64,000 nt of DNA, taken from contig CM119381.1 in assembly GCA_051294905.1 (NCBI GenBank), positions 25,668,001 to 25,732,000 of the forward strand. Reading direction: 5' to 3'. This document shows, in pieces, positions 13,901 through 24,752 of this stretch. Position 1 is the stretch's first letter, and every line of letters starts with the position of its first letter. The notes beneath the pieces are model-generated. The model was not told the DNA's origin, did not search any database, and saw nothing but the letters and a program-made list of their open reading frames with translations. Both the position numbers and the translations under genes were made by a program. Origin of the DNA: Botryllus schlosseri (lineage: Eukaryota).

Positions 13901-16900
13901 GAACTAACTAGTATAGTTGCTTTAGCAAAATATAAACAGAAACTGACAATCGCTATTCATAGCAACAAACTACAGCTGGTTATGACGAATGAAACCAACT
14001 GAACGACAGTGTATATGACGGGTATGAGGAACGCGCGTGTCTGCGAAATGATGCTTCGGCGGATATTTTTGTCACGCGGCCTATCACATAGCTTTTGATC
14101 AGCTTAGATGTAACTAATATCAGATATGAAGATACATGTGGACTTGTATGGACACTAGCTATTCACATAATGAAACAACTATGCCCGAAGACGGCTAGAA
14201 CGAAACATACAGAACGTTATCTGAGAGGGGGGTCAATGACGCGCGAATTGCCGACACAGTGTATTTTGCAACATATTTATCTACGGTGTTTGATACACGA
14301 TTTTGACGTCTTCGATATAATAAATATCAAATAACAAGGTATCAATGAACTAGTACGAACAATATCTATTTACAGAAATGAACAGCAACGACCTGGCACG
14401 ATTAATATGTAATATATCGTGGTTTCAATTACGGTACTCTTCTCTCGTACCGGCATGTCGAAAAATAGACACGCCGGTGCGAAACGGTTAAGTTATGCTT
14501 TTCTATTAGTAAATGCAAATTGTTTATTCAATGTCTCTAGACGAAAGATTGCACTCACAAGATTTATCACATTAAAATTATATATTCACACGACAGTGCT
14601 CTATTACACCAAGCTAACAAATCTAGTAGTTTGATATAATTGAGGTTGCATGCAGTCCATGATACATCAAATTCCAATTTCAAACAAGAAACTGACAATT
14701 ACACTTGCAATAAACAGCAAGAAAGCCAACATTGCATGGCAGTGTGACAATGAAGTCCGACTTCTACACACACAATTGGAAGCTAACATTACCCAAAATA
14801 CATTGTGACAACGATTTGTATATATGTTTAAAGCAGACTTGAAAATTTGTCAAGAATTTCTGCTCGAAAACATCCCTATTTGTGACTCACCTACCACAGG
14901 AGCCGAGGAGACAGGGATAATAAGCGGGATGATATTTTCAAGCCACAAGAATGTCAAAAATCCCGCTCGTAGTGAAATTTGACTCGCCAGAACCTCAAAT
15001 CAAGCGCAAGTGACGCAAAACCGATAATATAAACACGATTTCCGTACTTGCAAGCTTCACGAAGCTTCAGATTCAATACCACCGTGTATATAATCAAACT
15101 GATAACAAGACAAGTCGCTAAAGAGTAGCTACACGAAGACAGGATTACGTTCGATTTGACAATTGAATTTAATACATGACCATTCTAATTACCCATCTCC
15201 TCTAGATGGCTATTGTGTACATAAAACAACCTACAATCTGTAGCCTATATCTTTTACTGTTGTGATCTGAGTTACCTTAATGGTATACGGTATGCAACAT
15301 CATTGTTCGTTATTGCAAACAAAGTAAGTGAAAGTGACACATATGCAAAGTCCACCCGTTATGATCATGGTATATATCAGTGGTTCCCAACCTTTTTCGA
15401 CCCATCGCCCCCTTTTCAAGCTCAACACCGATCATCGCCCCCCAAATTTTGGGTACCGAAAAATGGGCATGCAAACTGTAAGCAGGTTGACTAAAAAAAA
15501 AGGTCAACTTTTCGGCTCGATGTCGTCAAATTTGATACTTTTGCAACTAAATTTCTGTGGGTTGCCTAAAAAAATAAAATAAAAAGTCAGCCGTTTTGAC
15601 GCGTCATCGCCCCCTCGCTATTTTCGCCCCCCTATTGCCCCCTTCGTCATTTTCGCCCCCCTAGACCACCAAATCGCCCCCTGGGGGGCGATATCGCCCA
15701 CGTTGGGAACCACTGGTATATATCATCATACAACTCCAGTTACTGTAATCGGGTGCTATAGATTTACATCACAACTGTGTATTATTCCAAGTGTATAATT
15801 CGTAAACACTAGGATGTCAAAAATAGTGTATTAGGCGGAGAAGATGATTGTTGACTTATTGTATATCCAAAAACAACAAGAGCCTTCCTGTAAGCAGTTG
15901 AAACTTGGACACTGTAGGTCAAATGAAAGTTACATTACATAGTTAAGTATAGTGTTAGGTACAATCATAATACAATTCCAGTACTGGTATAAGGAAATTA
16001 GGCTACATAGGCCTACATGACATTTTAACATAGCGCTGGTGATATGATACACTGGTCAATATATGAGCCCGATGTATAGAAACATTATGATTGCATTGCT
16101 GAACTTCAGACACCACGTACTATGGCAGCATAGCATAGTTAACAAAATTTGGTTATAACAGTTGGCCTATCTGGTTAACACTAGGTCATGACTTCATTAC
16201 ACCAGACGCAATAAATGTTAGCTACAATACGACTAGCACTGGATGTAATGCCACAAACAAATACTGTCATGTGTCATATTAAATCAACTTATAGTATGAT
16301 AATTACTTTACTAACAAAGGCGGTATATGGAGAACGGAAAAGAAAGACCAGAGGCTGATGCTTATCCATTACAATGCATGGAATTTTATCAACTACCAGA
16401 AATCAAGAAAGACAACTTCCTCATGAAGAGTTAAACAAAAGAAACATTTTATCAGTGATATCAAAATTGAATGTTATAGTTGCTTCTGCTTAAGAATGTC
16501 TGCGGTAAAATTCCTTCCCTCCCAATGACAGCTAAGATGCTATCTACTGACAAAGCTAGCAGACCAACTTGGCCCATGCTCGAACAAAAATTGTTATACA
16601 GCAGTCGTGCGATACCACTACCTTGGCAGTAAAAAAGGTACTCAACCTTCATGCAAAGAGACCACATTCAATTTAGTATACTGAGTACATTGCAAATCTA
16701 CCAGATTCATCGGAGGAATCCAGTCAATTTCCTGCTAGGTCTGAATCATACACCAAATCTATCAATTGGGTGATAAACTGCAAGAAGCATCTTTATGCTC
16801 TCCCCTCACAAACGATCTCAGAAGGGATTGATTCAACAATTCCAAATAGTTATATCCGGGATAGGCTATTACCAAAATTACTATCATTGATTCATGTGAC

Positions 16901-17307
16901 ATGCAAGTCAGAACAACATCTTTTTGCAGAGCCGAAGCATCTTATGTTTGATATCATTTGCTGGATTTGCATGTTTTCATGGTTTTAATAACAAAAAGTA
17001 ACATGAAGGCTTGTTTGGACTTGCAAGATTTTTAATCCATAATATCACAATTCTCACAACAAAATACATAGTACAAACACAGAGTACTTGAAAGAAAACT
17101 TTACCTGAAGTTGAAGGAGTAATCTGAATATTGATGAGCTTCCATGGTCTTGCCATCGGGAAGGTACACTGCATTTGGCACAATGCCAACATCGGAATAT
17201 TTGCAGACTGGTAGATCATCTGTCCAGCTAACCCCTGACCTTTGCAAGGCCTTCCGATTAGGACTAGGAGTTGACGAGCCGCTACTCATTGGGGTTACAT
17301 TTGCCAT
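1932..17307 (-). CDS. TAB1: TAB1 (TAK1-binding protein 1, PP2C/PPM-fold), exons 1-8; C-terminus not found in window
   Basis: Exons with GT-AG ends and continuous frame: 17105-17307, 8769-9006, 8328-8415, 7033-7145, 6195-6300, 5037-5180, 3768-3896, ~1932-2096 (3' boundary of exon 8 uncertain). Peptides SWTDDLPVC, RLPAELLLGQ, FFESIDDALA, NNKLFVANVG, LSVDH, RCIGDY, IAEPSI and DMTLIIRNF match recalled vertebrate TAB1 in order. Confidence 0.93.
2185..3705. mobile_element. 1.5-kb hAT-type non-autonomous element in TAB1 intron 7
   Basis: Termini tagggttagttcggata / tattcggataatccaacccca. Perfect TSD gtcaacac (2177-2184, 3706-3713). Confidence 0.82.
3217..3365. repeat. 50-51 bp minisatellite, about 3 copies
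   Basis: agatgcgatt recurs at 3250, 3300 and 3351, with similar intervening sequence (gtgYaggcc.g.ga..atatcgtg). Confidence 0.8.
4152..4380 (+). repeat. Partial MITE (family O, cagacttggacaact terminus)
   Basis: Shares agacttggacaact, aattcta repeats and aatttctg.ttttc..gaaa.tgcta with 32724-33336 and ~38470-38723. Confidence 0.55.
4455..4776 (-). mobile_element. Partial family A MITE
   Basis: Ends in ggttacaaccctg. Interior is the reverse complement of the left half of 31370-31908. Confidence 0.75.
5426..6077. mobile_element. Foldback MITE (family C), nearly fully palindromic
   Basis: TIR tagggctcttcaaaa/ttttgaagagcccta, with inverted arms of ~300 bp. Perfect TSD gtgtgcac (5418-5425, 6078-6085). 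Confidence 0.92.
6370..6963. mobile_element. Foldback MITE (family C variant)
   Basis: Termini tagggttgt..aaaaaaaac / gttttttttgaacaacccta, with long inverted arms. Perfect TSD ctgcacac (6362-6369, 6964-6971). Confidence 0.92.
7741..7926. mobile_element. MITE family D (TIR caNtgttccctctaa)
   Basis: caatgttccctctaa/ttagagggaacactg. Perfect TSD gtcccaaa (7733-7740, 7927-7934). Related copies at 21598 and 36742. Confidence 0.9.
9225..9643. mobile_element. Degenerate Buster-type hAT MITE
   Basis: cagggggttctcaacc ... ggttgagaaccaccg. Flanks atataaac/attcaaac are only a partial TSD. Confidence 0.6.
15378..15715. mobile_element. Buster-type hAT MITE
   Basis: TIR cagtggttcccaac/gttgggaaccactg. 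Perfect TSD gtatatat (15370-15377, 15716-15723). Internal atcgcccc repeats. Confidence 0.92.
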
Positions 17308-18085
17308 TTATAACACTAAAACATATCAAATAAGCTGCCATTATTACAGTATTATCAACAAGCTTTTATATATAAGAAAAAAAAGAGCCGATAACAAGAT
17401 GCAAAAGCTGAAAATATTTAATAAGCGCAAGATATGAGCGAAAAGAAATCAGATATGGCGGTCTTGTAATATTATCTACACTACAATTATCACTAGATTT
17501 CAATCGAACTTTTTCCCAGCTCGATATAAGATCGGTCTATAGGCCTGGCCTATCACACTATACAAAGTTTGTGAGTTTGTTAAAAGACAGCAAGTGTTCC
17601 GTCAAACAGTTCACTTCTGAAACAAGCAATGAATGACTGATCAATGTGCATTACGGTGTGCATAAACATAAGCCATCCCTTCAAGAAATCTCAAGGCATG
17701 ACATATAATCAAGAGATGATACCTTATCATCAAACATCAATGACCACAAGGTCCGCAACCACAACATTGTATTATCATCTCAATGATTTCTATGTGACCT
17801 ACTGACCGTTGGCGAACAACTAATCTGATCAATCAGGTAGATAATGCTGCATAATATATGCCTATTGTCTATATATAATATATATCATATTGTTTATTCA
17901 ATAATAATACAAAATTACAGATACCGGTTTTAAAATTGGAATTACTTGAGAAAAAAGAGCAACACTAATTGTATAAAATTCTAATTCTATATATCTAATG
18001 CACTCATTGACGATTCCAAACTTTCCCAAGCACTGAAAATACAGACATATGAATAGGCAAAATGTATCAAGTATCAGCTTTACAT

Positions 18086-18706
18086 TCATATTAACGGAGA
18101 CATTATATTGCGATTGGGTAAAAAATAGTGTCTCAATTCCCGGTAGACATCACTAACTGGCCTTTCTGAGTTAATTTCATACAATTTTCCTAAAGATCTG
18201 TAGTGTTCCACCACTGGAATAGCTTCAGTTTCATAAAGTTGTAATCTTTCTTCAATTCTTTCCACCTTATCGTCATATCTACTTCCAGAATTTGATCTGG
18301 CAATTATTCTCTCACTGCAAGTACGTTTGGAGCATTGCAGATACATAACAAATTTGAGGTTCAGTTTGGCACTCAAAATCTGATCAAAGGCTGCTACATT
18401 GATGAGGTTTAATGGAAAGCCATCGATTAGAAACAATTCAGTTTTTGAGTCAGAATTATCAGTAATCCGATGTATTTCTTTGCTCAATAACTTGCAGGTT
18501 ATTTCGGCTGGAACAATAATTCCACGTCTCATAAATTCCGAAATAATGTCGTGATCTTCATTTTCAAGGTTATTCATTTCATCGCGCAATAGTCCTCCAA
18601 CAGTAATATGCGGAAAGCCAAATTCTTTCGCCAATTCCGAACACTGGGTGCCCTTTCCTGCACCTGGGTACCCCAGTACAAATACAACGTTTAAGCCAGC
18701 CATCAA
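18086..18706 (-). CDS. CMPK1: UMP-CMP kinase-like (adenylate kinase family), intronless, 206 aa
   Basis: P-loop VFVLGYPGAGKGTQC, LLRDE, G.IVP.EIT..LL, FLIDGFP and LID SRYDD..R..ER match recalled CMPK1. The canonical GFPR reads GFPL. Confidence 0.85.
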   Translation of the reverse strand: MMAGLNVVFVLGYPGAGKGTQCSELAKEFGFPHITVGGLLRDEMNNLENEDHDIISEFMRRGIIVPAEITCKLLSKEIHRITDNSDSKTELFLIDGFPLNLINVAAFDQILSAKLNLKFVMYLQCSKRTCSERIIARSNSGSRYDDKVERIEERLQLYETEAIPVVEHYRSLGKLYEINSERPVSDVYRELRHYFLPNRNIMSPLI

Positions 18707-19379
18707 ATAAATTTATTTCAGAGTCTAAAGTTTCCTTCAATTAAGATTAGGTAATTTTAGTCTTGTGGATGAAAAATTAGTCTAATTGACAGCACAGGTT
18801 GCAATTGTTTAAATCACAATTATACGTTAATAGTTCAACTGCAAACATATTTTAATATTATTATTTATATGTATCTAATATCCTAGGCCTATATAAGTAG
18901 CCTATACTTCAACACCTAACATCATAATCCCACCACTAAAATCACAGATCGACTTTTCAATGATTGAGTATAATGAGTATCCACAACAGAATATAGGTCG
19001 CAATATCACCTGCATAGGTCTATGTTATTCTATAATTGACGTATTAACTTCGCACAAAAATATATAACTTATATAAGCCGAGTTTGTATTAATGTTTCTT
19101 GACGCCAAGTATCATCATCATCATTTCATTAAAATTTTTATCAAATCAGTACATCACAAGATTGAAGTAATGGTAAGTATTCAGTATATTATCAAATCAT
19201 TTGATCTACCTACCTGACTAAATACTGGTGCCAGTAATCTAATTCTCAATTGAAACACATCATCAACTGCATTCATGATAGCCTACGCGACTCGATCAGA
19301 CCAAATCTTACTTACAAGTAGACACTCGTCATACTCATAACTAGATCATATCAATCAACAGAAACAGTACCATAGCATT

Positions 19380-19490
19380 AATATTTTGTGATACGATTGT
19401 TGATATACGATGTTCTTTTGAATTCTCTACTAGTTGCTGACGATTACCCCTGACGAGTGTCAGCCGAAAATATTCGGGTTAATTTCAATC
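19380..19490 (+). repeat. Family B repeat (hammerhead-bearing, Penelope pLTR-like)
   Basis: Shares tgttcttt..aattctctactagttgctgacga...gggtt.atttcaat with copies at ~31245, 41190, 50700, 51765, 59779 and 60085. Confidence 0.85.
19436..19480 (+). ncRNA. Minimal type I hammerhead ribozyme (intact copy) in Penelope-like repeat family B
   Basis: Stem I accc(19446-49)/gggt(19476-79), core CTGACGA 19450-56, G..C pair 19457/19465, GAAA 19466-69, palindromic AATATT stem III, UUC triplet with cleavage after 19475. Upstream gctgac is complementary to loop II gtcagc. Confidence 0.7.
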
Positions 19491-20604
19491 ACTATCACAC
19501 ACACACACAATCACTATTTGTATACACAAGGGAATGCTAAGTTTTTATATATCTTCCATAAAGCCTATAGTATTTACGTAGTTTGTCAGTAGGCTACGTT
19601 ATTGTTCAATTTGCGTTACCTTAAATCAAAAGGCGGTTGCTATCAAGTAACAAGATTCGTGAAACAAATGTGAGCTCAACGTAATATTTGCAGGTATTGA
19701 CCAGCATTGCAAAGAAATCTATGGGAGCAATTTTTTCATTTAGTTGACAGTCACAACCTGCACGGTGGTCATGGTGCATAAGGCAGATACTTCACAAATG
19801 TTGGAAGGTCAATCAGTAACTCTCGGTTTACGGCCTCAAACTATATAAAGCGCTAAATTGCAGGAATGTTGTCATTGAGACAGTTTTCTGTGATTTAATT
19901 ATCAAATAAAATTTGAATGTAGAACACACAATATACGATATAATAGTTTTAGCATATCCACACTGCAATAACATAACATAACATGGTTGGGATCTGAACA
20001 AGTCACACACAATGTACAATGCGATAAGACACAATGCAATGTCAATGCATCGATGCAATAAACATCAATGTTTTTGGCGACACTGCTCACTCAGGTCATG
20101 GTACTCTATTCCAAATTTATTGACAATGGACTGATGATTTTAAGAAAACAACGTGCTCAAATTTACATTGCAACACAACTTCCTTCCCTTGTGCATACAT
20201 ATGCTTAACCGACTTGGGACTTGACCAACTGTGATTTAACAGGTATGGGTAATTTATCACTCATTTCAAACACGAGCTGCATCAGTCCTCTACAAATAAA
20301 CAGCACACTCGTGAAATTTGGCAAACTGAAGTTATATGCATACTGCCCAATTAACTACACGTCTGCACACGACACAACAACTAACTTTGCTGAATAATTT
20401 CGGCTCGGCCTCTCCGAATGGCGAGAGAACTCACTTTCGGATACAATTTTGCGGGCCAGTAGCTATGGAATTTCGCGAGAATCGATCGCCATCTCGCGGT
20501 ATAGTAAGAACCCAAACATGTAATGACAATCACTGGACTGTTCTTTTATTATAGCTCAGTGGGCTATGTATAACCGCAAATTTCGACCACGATTAGTGAA
20601 TTTA

Positions 20605-20785
20605 GGGATGACTGGCCAAGTGGCCATGCTCTCATATCACAGTCGTGTGAAGCTGTAAATAACTACGTTCATATCCCCCAGACAGACAGACGGATTCCAA
20701 CTTCTAAGCACTCAAGGTTACGCACTGGTATTGGAAATGTAAGGGCATTATGGCCTTCAAATCATTGGTTTTTATTATTATTTTT
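20605..20785 (+). mobile_element. Possible tRNA-derived SINE
   Basis: A-box-like TGGCCAAGTGG (20613-20623), imperfect B-box gttcatatccc (20667-20677), and a 3' (tta)n/T-rich tail. Single copy, no TSD seen. Confidence 0.3.
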
Positions 20786-21597
20786 AATTCATTGAGGCAG
20801 AAAAACAGGAAAAGCTAATCTCCCCGTTACTAGGGGTATTGTTCCTCGTTCTTTATCGACCTCAATCAGCTGTGAAGTGTGAATTACTTTTTTACCAACA
20901 CTCTGACGTCACGAACTCACTAGCTCGAGACGTGTTGCTTCGGATCTCGTGTTGGACTTATGTGTTTTGGTTTGTCATTTATTAGAGTTTCAGGTTTCAC
21001 GTATATCAATCGCGTATTAGATGAAAAAGTCGCCCAAAACCGCGAGACAGGCGGGGCGAGTTCAAGGATAAGGATCCCCGCCCGATTATAGTTTCAAGCG
21101 ATTGAGAAACTACAGATAAAACACTATTCCGCGAGAAGGTAACACCAGTGAAAATGGCGTATACCGTAACAAGGGTTGTTGAAGTCTCATCTTCAAAGTT
21201 GAGAAATGAATACGTATTCTGGATGACGAGTCTTCTCATACTTGAGAATATAGTTAGACTCAACACTCAATTCTGTAAATTAGGCGTATTAATTTTCAGG
21301 AGGCGTAGGCCTACCTTTGAGTAAGAAATCGAGTATTACGGTACCGTAAATTATAACGTTCAAGTTGAGTAAACCTGCTACAAAACATTTCACTTGATGG
21401 TAATATATGAAGGTCTACGAAAAATGTTGCTGGCCTCTGGCTACGCTAATGCGTCAGAACTGATATTTCAGTCATCAACATACCAAATTTCACGGCCAGG
21501 CTAATCAAACTTTTTGTAGGTCTTGCTATAGTTCACAATAACTTACGTGGGCAATGTATTTCTTGATGATATGACTAATTTCAAGTTACCTCACGGG

Positions 21598-22329
21598 CAA
21601 TGTTCCCTCTAATTTTTGCCGAATCTGCGCACACTCACCAACTCACTGCGCATACCCTTGGACAACAGTGCGTAACGACTCTGAGCGCAGAGACCATGTT
21701 AGCACTGCGCACGTGCGCAGTAGGGGCTGTTCAAAAATAACTTTTTGTTCTGGATTCCAGTCGGTCAGTCATTAAATTGTCAGGTTACCCTACAAAACGC
21801 TGCACACCAAATTTGGTTCAATTCTAACAAGTATAGGGCTCCGCAGATCCAATTAAAATTTTTAATTTGAACAGGAAAATTGGAAAATAAAATTTTCAAA
21901 TTTTTCTGTCAACCCCATGAAATTGTTGAGCTGTCTTCAGAGACTATGCAAAACAAATTTGACTCAATTCCAACTAGTAGAAGTGGAGTTATTGGAGTTT
22001 TTCGTTGATAATCCTCGGATTATTCACCAATCAAGGATAATCCGAGAAATATCAACGAAAAACTCCAATAACTCCGCTTCTACTAGTTGGAATTGAGTCA
22101 AATTTATTTTGCATAGTCTCTGAAGACAGCTCAACAATTTCATTGGGTTGACAGAAAAATTTGAAAAATTTAATTGAATCTGCGGAGCCCTATACTTGTT
22201 AGAATTGAACCAACTTTGGTGTGCAGTGTTTTTTAGGGTAACCTGACAATTTAATGACTGACCGACTGGAATCCAGAACAAAAAGTTATTTTTGAACAGC
22301 CCTACCTGCGCAGCTTAGAGGAAACATTG
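21598..22329. mobile_element. Family D MITE carrying a nested family C foldback (21721-22304)
   Basis: Outer TIR caatgttccctctaa/ttagaggaaacattg with TSD ctcacggg/ctcgcggg. Inner tagggg ctgttcaaaaataac/gttatttttgaacagcccta with near-duplicated gtgcgcag/ctgcgcag. Confidence 0.88.
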
Positions 22330-22634
22330 CTCGCGGGCCATTAAAAACCTCGTGGGCCATGGGTTGGCCACCCTGATCTAAATGATCTGTAGGCCTACAT
22401 ATAAATTGGGCACATACAGACTCGTAATAAGGTTTAGAAAGCATTGAGATAGCTCATGCTTTCTGCTATTCTGTCACTGTGTTAATCACTGAGAAAAATA
22501 CCGTAACCCGTCTTAATATATTATTGCTACCGGTATGTTATTGGATTGGGAAAGTTTCATGTTTTACAGAAGATCAATTCATTATATTTTCTATACACTT
22601 ACAGTCTGTAATATTCCATAACCATAAGTCCACA

Positions 22635-23678
22635 ATGGAAGAGAAAGCGCAGGAGGTTGGTGTGCTTGATGACGACCAAATCAGTATCGCGTCCGGCGGC
22701 GTGTTCAGCGATGTCGCGAGCGTCATAACCGAATCATCCGCCCCCACAAATCCAAAGCTGGACGAAATGTCTCAAAGAGCCGCCGTTCTCCTATCGAAAA
22801 TCGGAAACAAGCAAAGGCGAGGAGAAGCCTTCCAAAAATTCAAGCAAGCGCAACGGAAAGAGAAGGTCAAACAACGGAAGAAACGGCAACAAGAGAGAAA
22901 AGAATTAGGCGAAGATGCCCCGCCGAAAATGCTCCCGAAAACCATCGAAAACATGAGAGTCAAAGATGAAACCATGGTGACGCCGTTGGATCAGGAAGTC
23001 CTATTCGATGAATCAGTGGATGAAATGGCTTCCTATTTCAATCGCGATAAAACCCCGAAGGTGCTAATCACGACTTCGGACAGACCGAGGTATCGCGTCA
23101 TGAAGTTTATCAAGGAGGTGCAAGATTTTATCCCGAATTCGCACATTTTTTACCGCAAAGCTTTACCTTTGAAGAAGATCATTCCTCAATGCATCGAGAA
23201 GGAATACACCGATCTCATTGTTGTAAACGAAGATCGTAAACAGCCCAATGGACTTGTGTTGTGTCATCTTCCTGACGGTCCTACTGTTCATTTCAAGGTT
23301 TCCAACGTTAAACTCAGAACTGAAATTCGCCGTAGTGATAAGCCTTCGTCCCATAAGCCCGAAGTAATTCTCAATAATTTCAGCACGCGTTTAGGTCACC
23401 GTGTCGGCAGAATGTTCGCCGCTCTGTTCCCTCACGATCCAGAGTTTAAAGGTCGGCGCGTGGTGACGTTCCACAATCAACGCGACTACATTTTCGTGAG
23501 GCAACATCGGTACGTGTTTCGGAACGAGAAACGCGTCGGATTGCAGGAGCTGGGTCCGCGGTTTACGTTGAAATTGAGGTCGTTGCAGCATGGGACGTTC
23601 GACTCCAAGTTTGGGGAGTACGAATGGATTCATAAAAGGCACGAGATGGATTCCAGTCGGAGGAAATTTCATTTGTGA
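22635..23678 (+). CDS. RPF1: Ribosome production factor 1 (Brix domain), intronless CDS, 347 aa
   Basis: [71 protein letters not shown] and RRKFHL. Acceptor cttacag at 22604 precedes ATG 22635. Confidence 0.97.
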   Translation: MEEKAQEVGVLDDDQISIASGGVFSDVASVITESSAPTNPKLDEMSQRAAVLLSKIGNKQRRGEAFQKFKQAQRKEKVKQRKKRQQERKELGEDAPPKMLPKTIENMRVKDETMVTPLDQEVLFDESVDEMASYFNRDKTPKVLITTSDRPRYRVMKFIKEVQDFIPNSHIFYRKALPLKKIIPQCIEKEYTDLIVVNEDRKQPNGLVLCHLPDGPTVHFKVSNVKLRTEIRRSDKPSSHKPEVILNNFSTRLGHRVGRMFAALFPHDPEFKGRRVVTFHNQRDYIFVRQHRYVFRNEKRVGLQELGPRFTLKLRSLQHGTFDSKFGEYEWIHKRHEMDSSRRKFHL

Positions 23679-24752
23679 TGCGGGGAGGATTTCAGGCCCC
23701 AGTTGCTGTTTCGGATACCCCTTGAATTGGTTTGTCTGTATTTTGTTATGAAAACTTCAATCGTGGTGCTTTGTCGATCTCCACACTTGGCATTATAGTA
23801 AGCTGACTGAGCGTGAATACATGACTTCGTTTGTTCGTACATGTGTGCTGGCTGGCTGTCTGCTCGGTTTCGCTGCTATGACCTGGAACTATTTCCTTTG
23901 AGATGTGTGTGACGGAGTAGTATTTGTTTCGAACTGTGTGCTGGCATGATATGACATCTATAATCCTCATATTCTTGACTGTAATTTCTCATTGATAGGG
24001 CTTGAAACGGTGATTCAAGCACTGAAATCTGAATCGTGTATTAATTCTAATAATTCAGGTCGGGTAGTGAGATATGATATTTTCAAGTCCTGAAATTGAA
24101 CACTAAGAGTAAATTTACCGATGAGAATTCTAGTTTCGATACCATTTTCCTCTGTGGCAGCCTTAAAACCTCGATTAGTCCTATCGCAGCATACGGAACA
24201 TGTAGCCTATAGTACAAAGTTACGTACATCTACCTGAGTGGAAATGAGATATCTGTGAGGTTGTGATCAAAATTAATATGAAATTATCATTAATGTGATG
24301 TAGAACTGGTACATTCTTTGTGGTTACATGAAAGGTAGCCTACATATTTTGACTTTCCACATCATACTGTTATAATGGCTTAGTGACTTACACTTGGCTA
24401 GAAGCCCAATACTATATTGAGAATCGAATCACTGAGGTAGCCTACTCAGACCAGCCCTACTCATTGAGTGATGCGGTTGTAAGCGTCCTGCGTCCATTTG
24501 CCTTGATCATGTGTAATTTGAAGTTTTGTGTGATATATCCTTGCCAAAGACCTGTCTAGTTGATATTGGTGCATGTTAAGACGTGATGAAATGATATACC
24601 ATTTTGAATGTGTTATCTAAACCAATTTTATACTTGTACAAGATTTCTCGAACCAATTTGAAAATTTTCACATCCGAACTGGCTATAACTGCTGCTGAAA
24701 TTTTTCCAGGATGTTATAATAATGTCTGCTAGCAGCTAGCTTATGATAAGCC

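Noticed and set aside
16330-16990. Short ORFs in TAB1 intron 1
   Set aside because: No recognisable motifs or consistent exon structure; lengths are expected by chance.
22479-22634. 52-aa N-terminal extension of RPF1 in the ORF track
   Set aside because: It starts at a non-ATG codon and spans a T-rich tract ending in the acceptor at 22604; ATG 22635 gives a normal-length RPF1.
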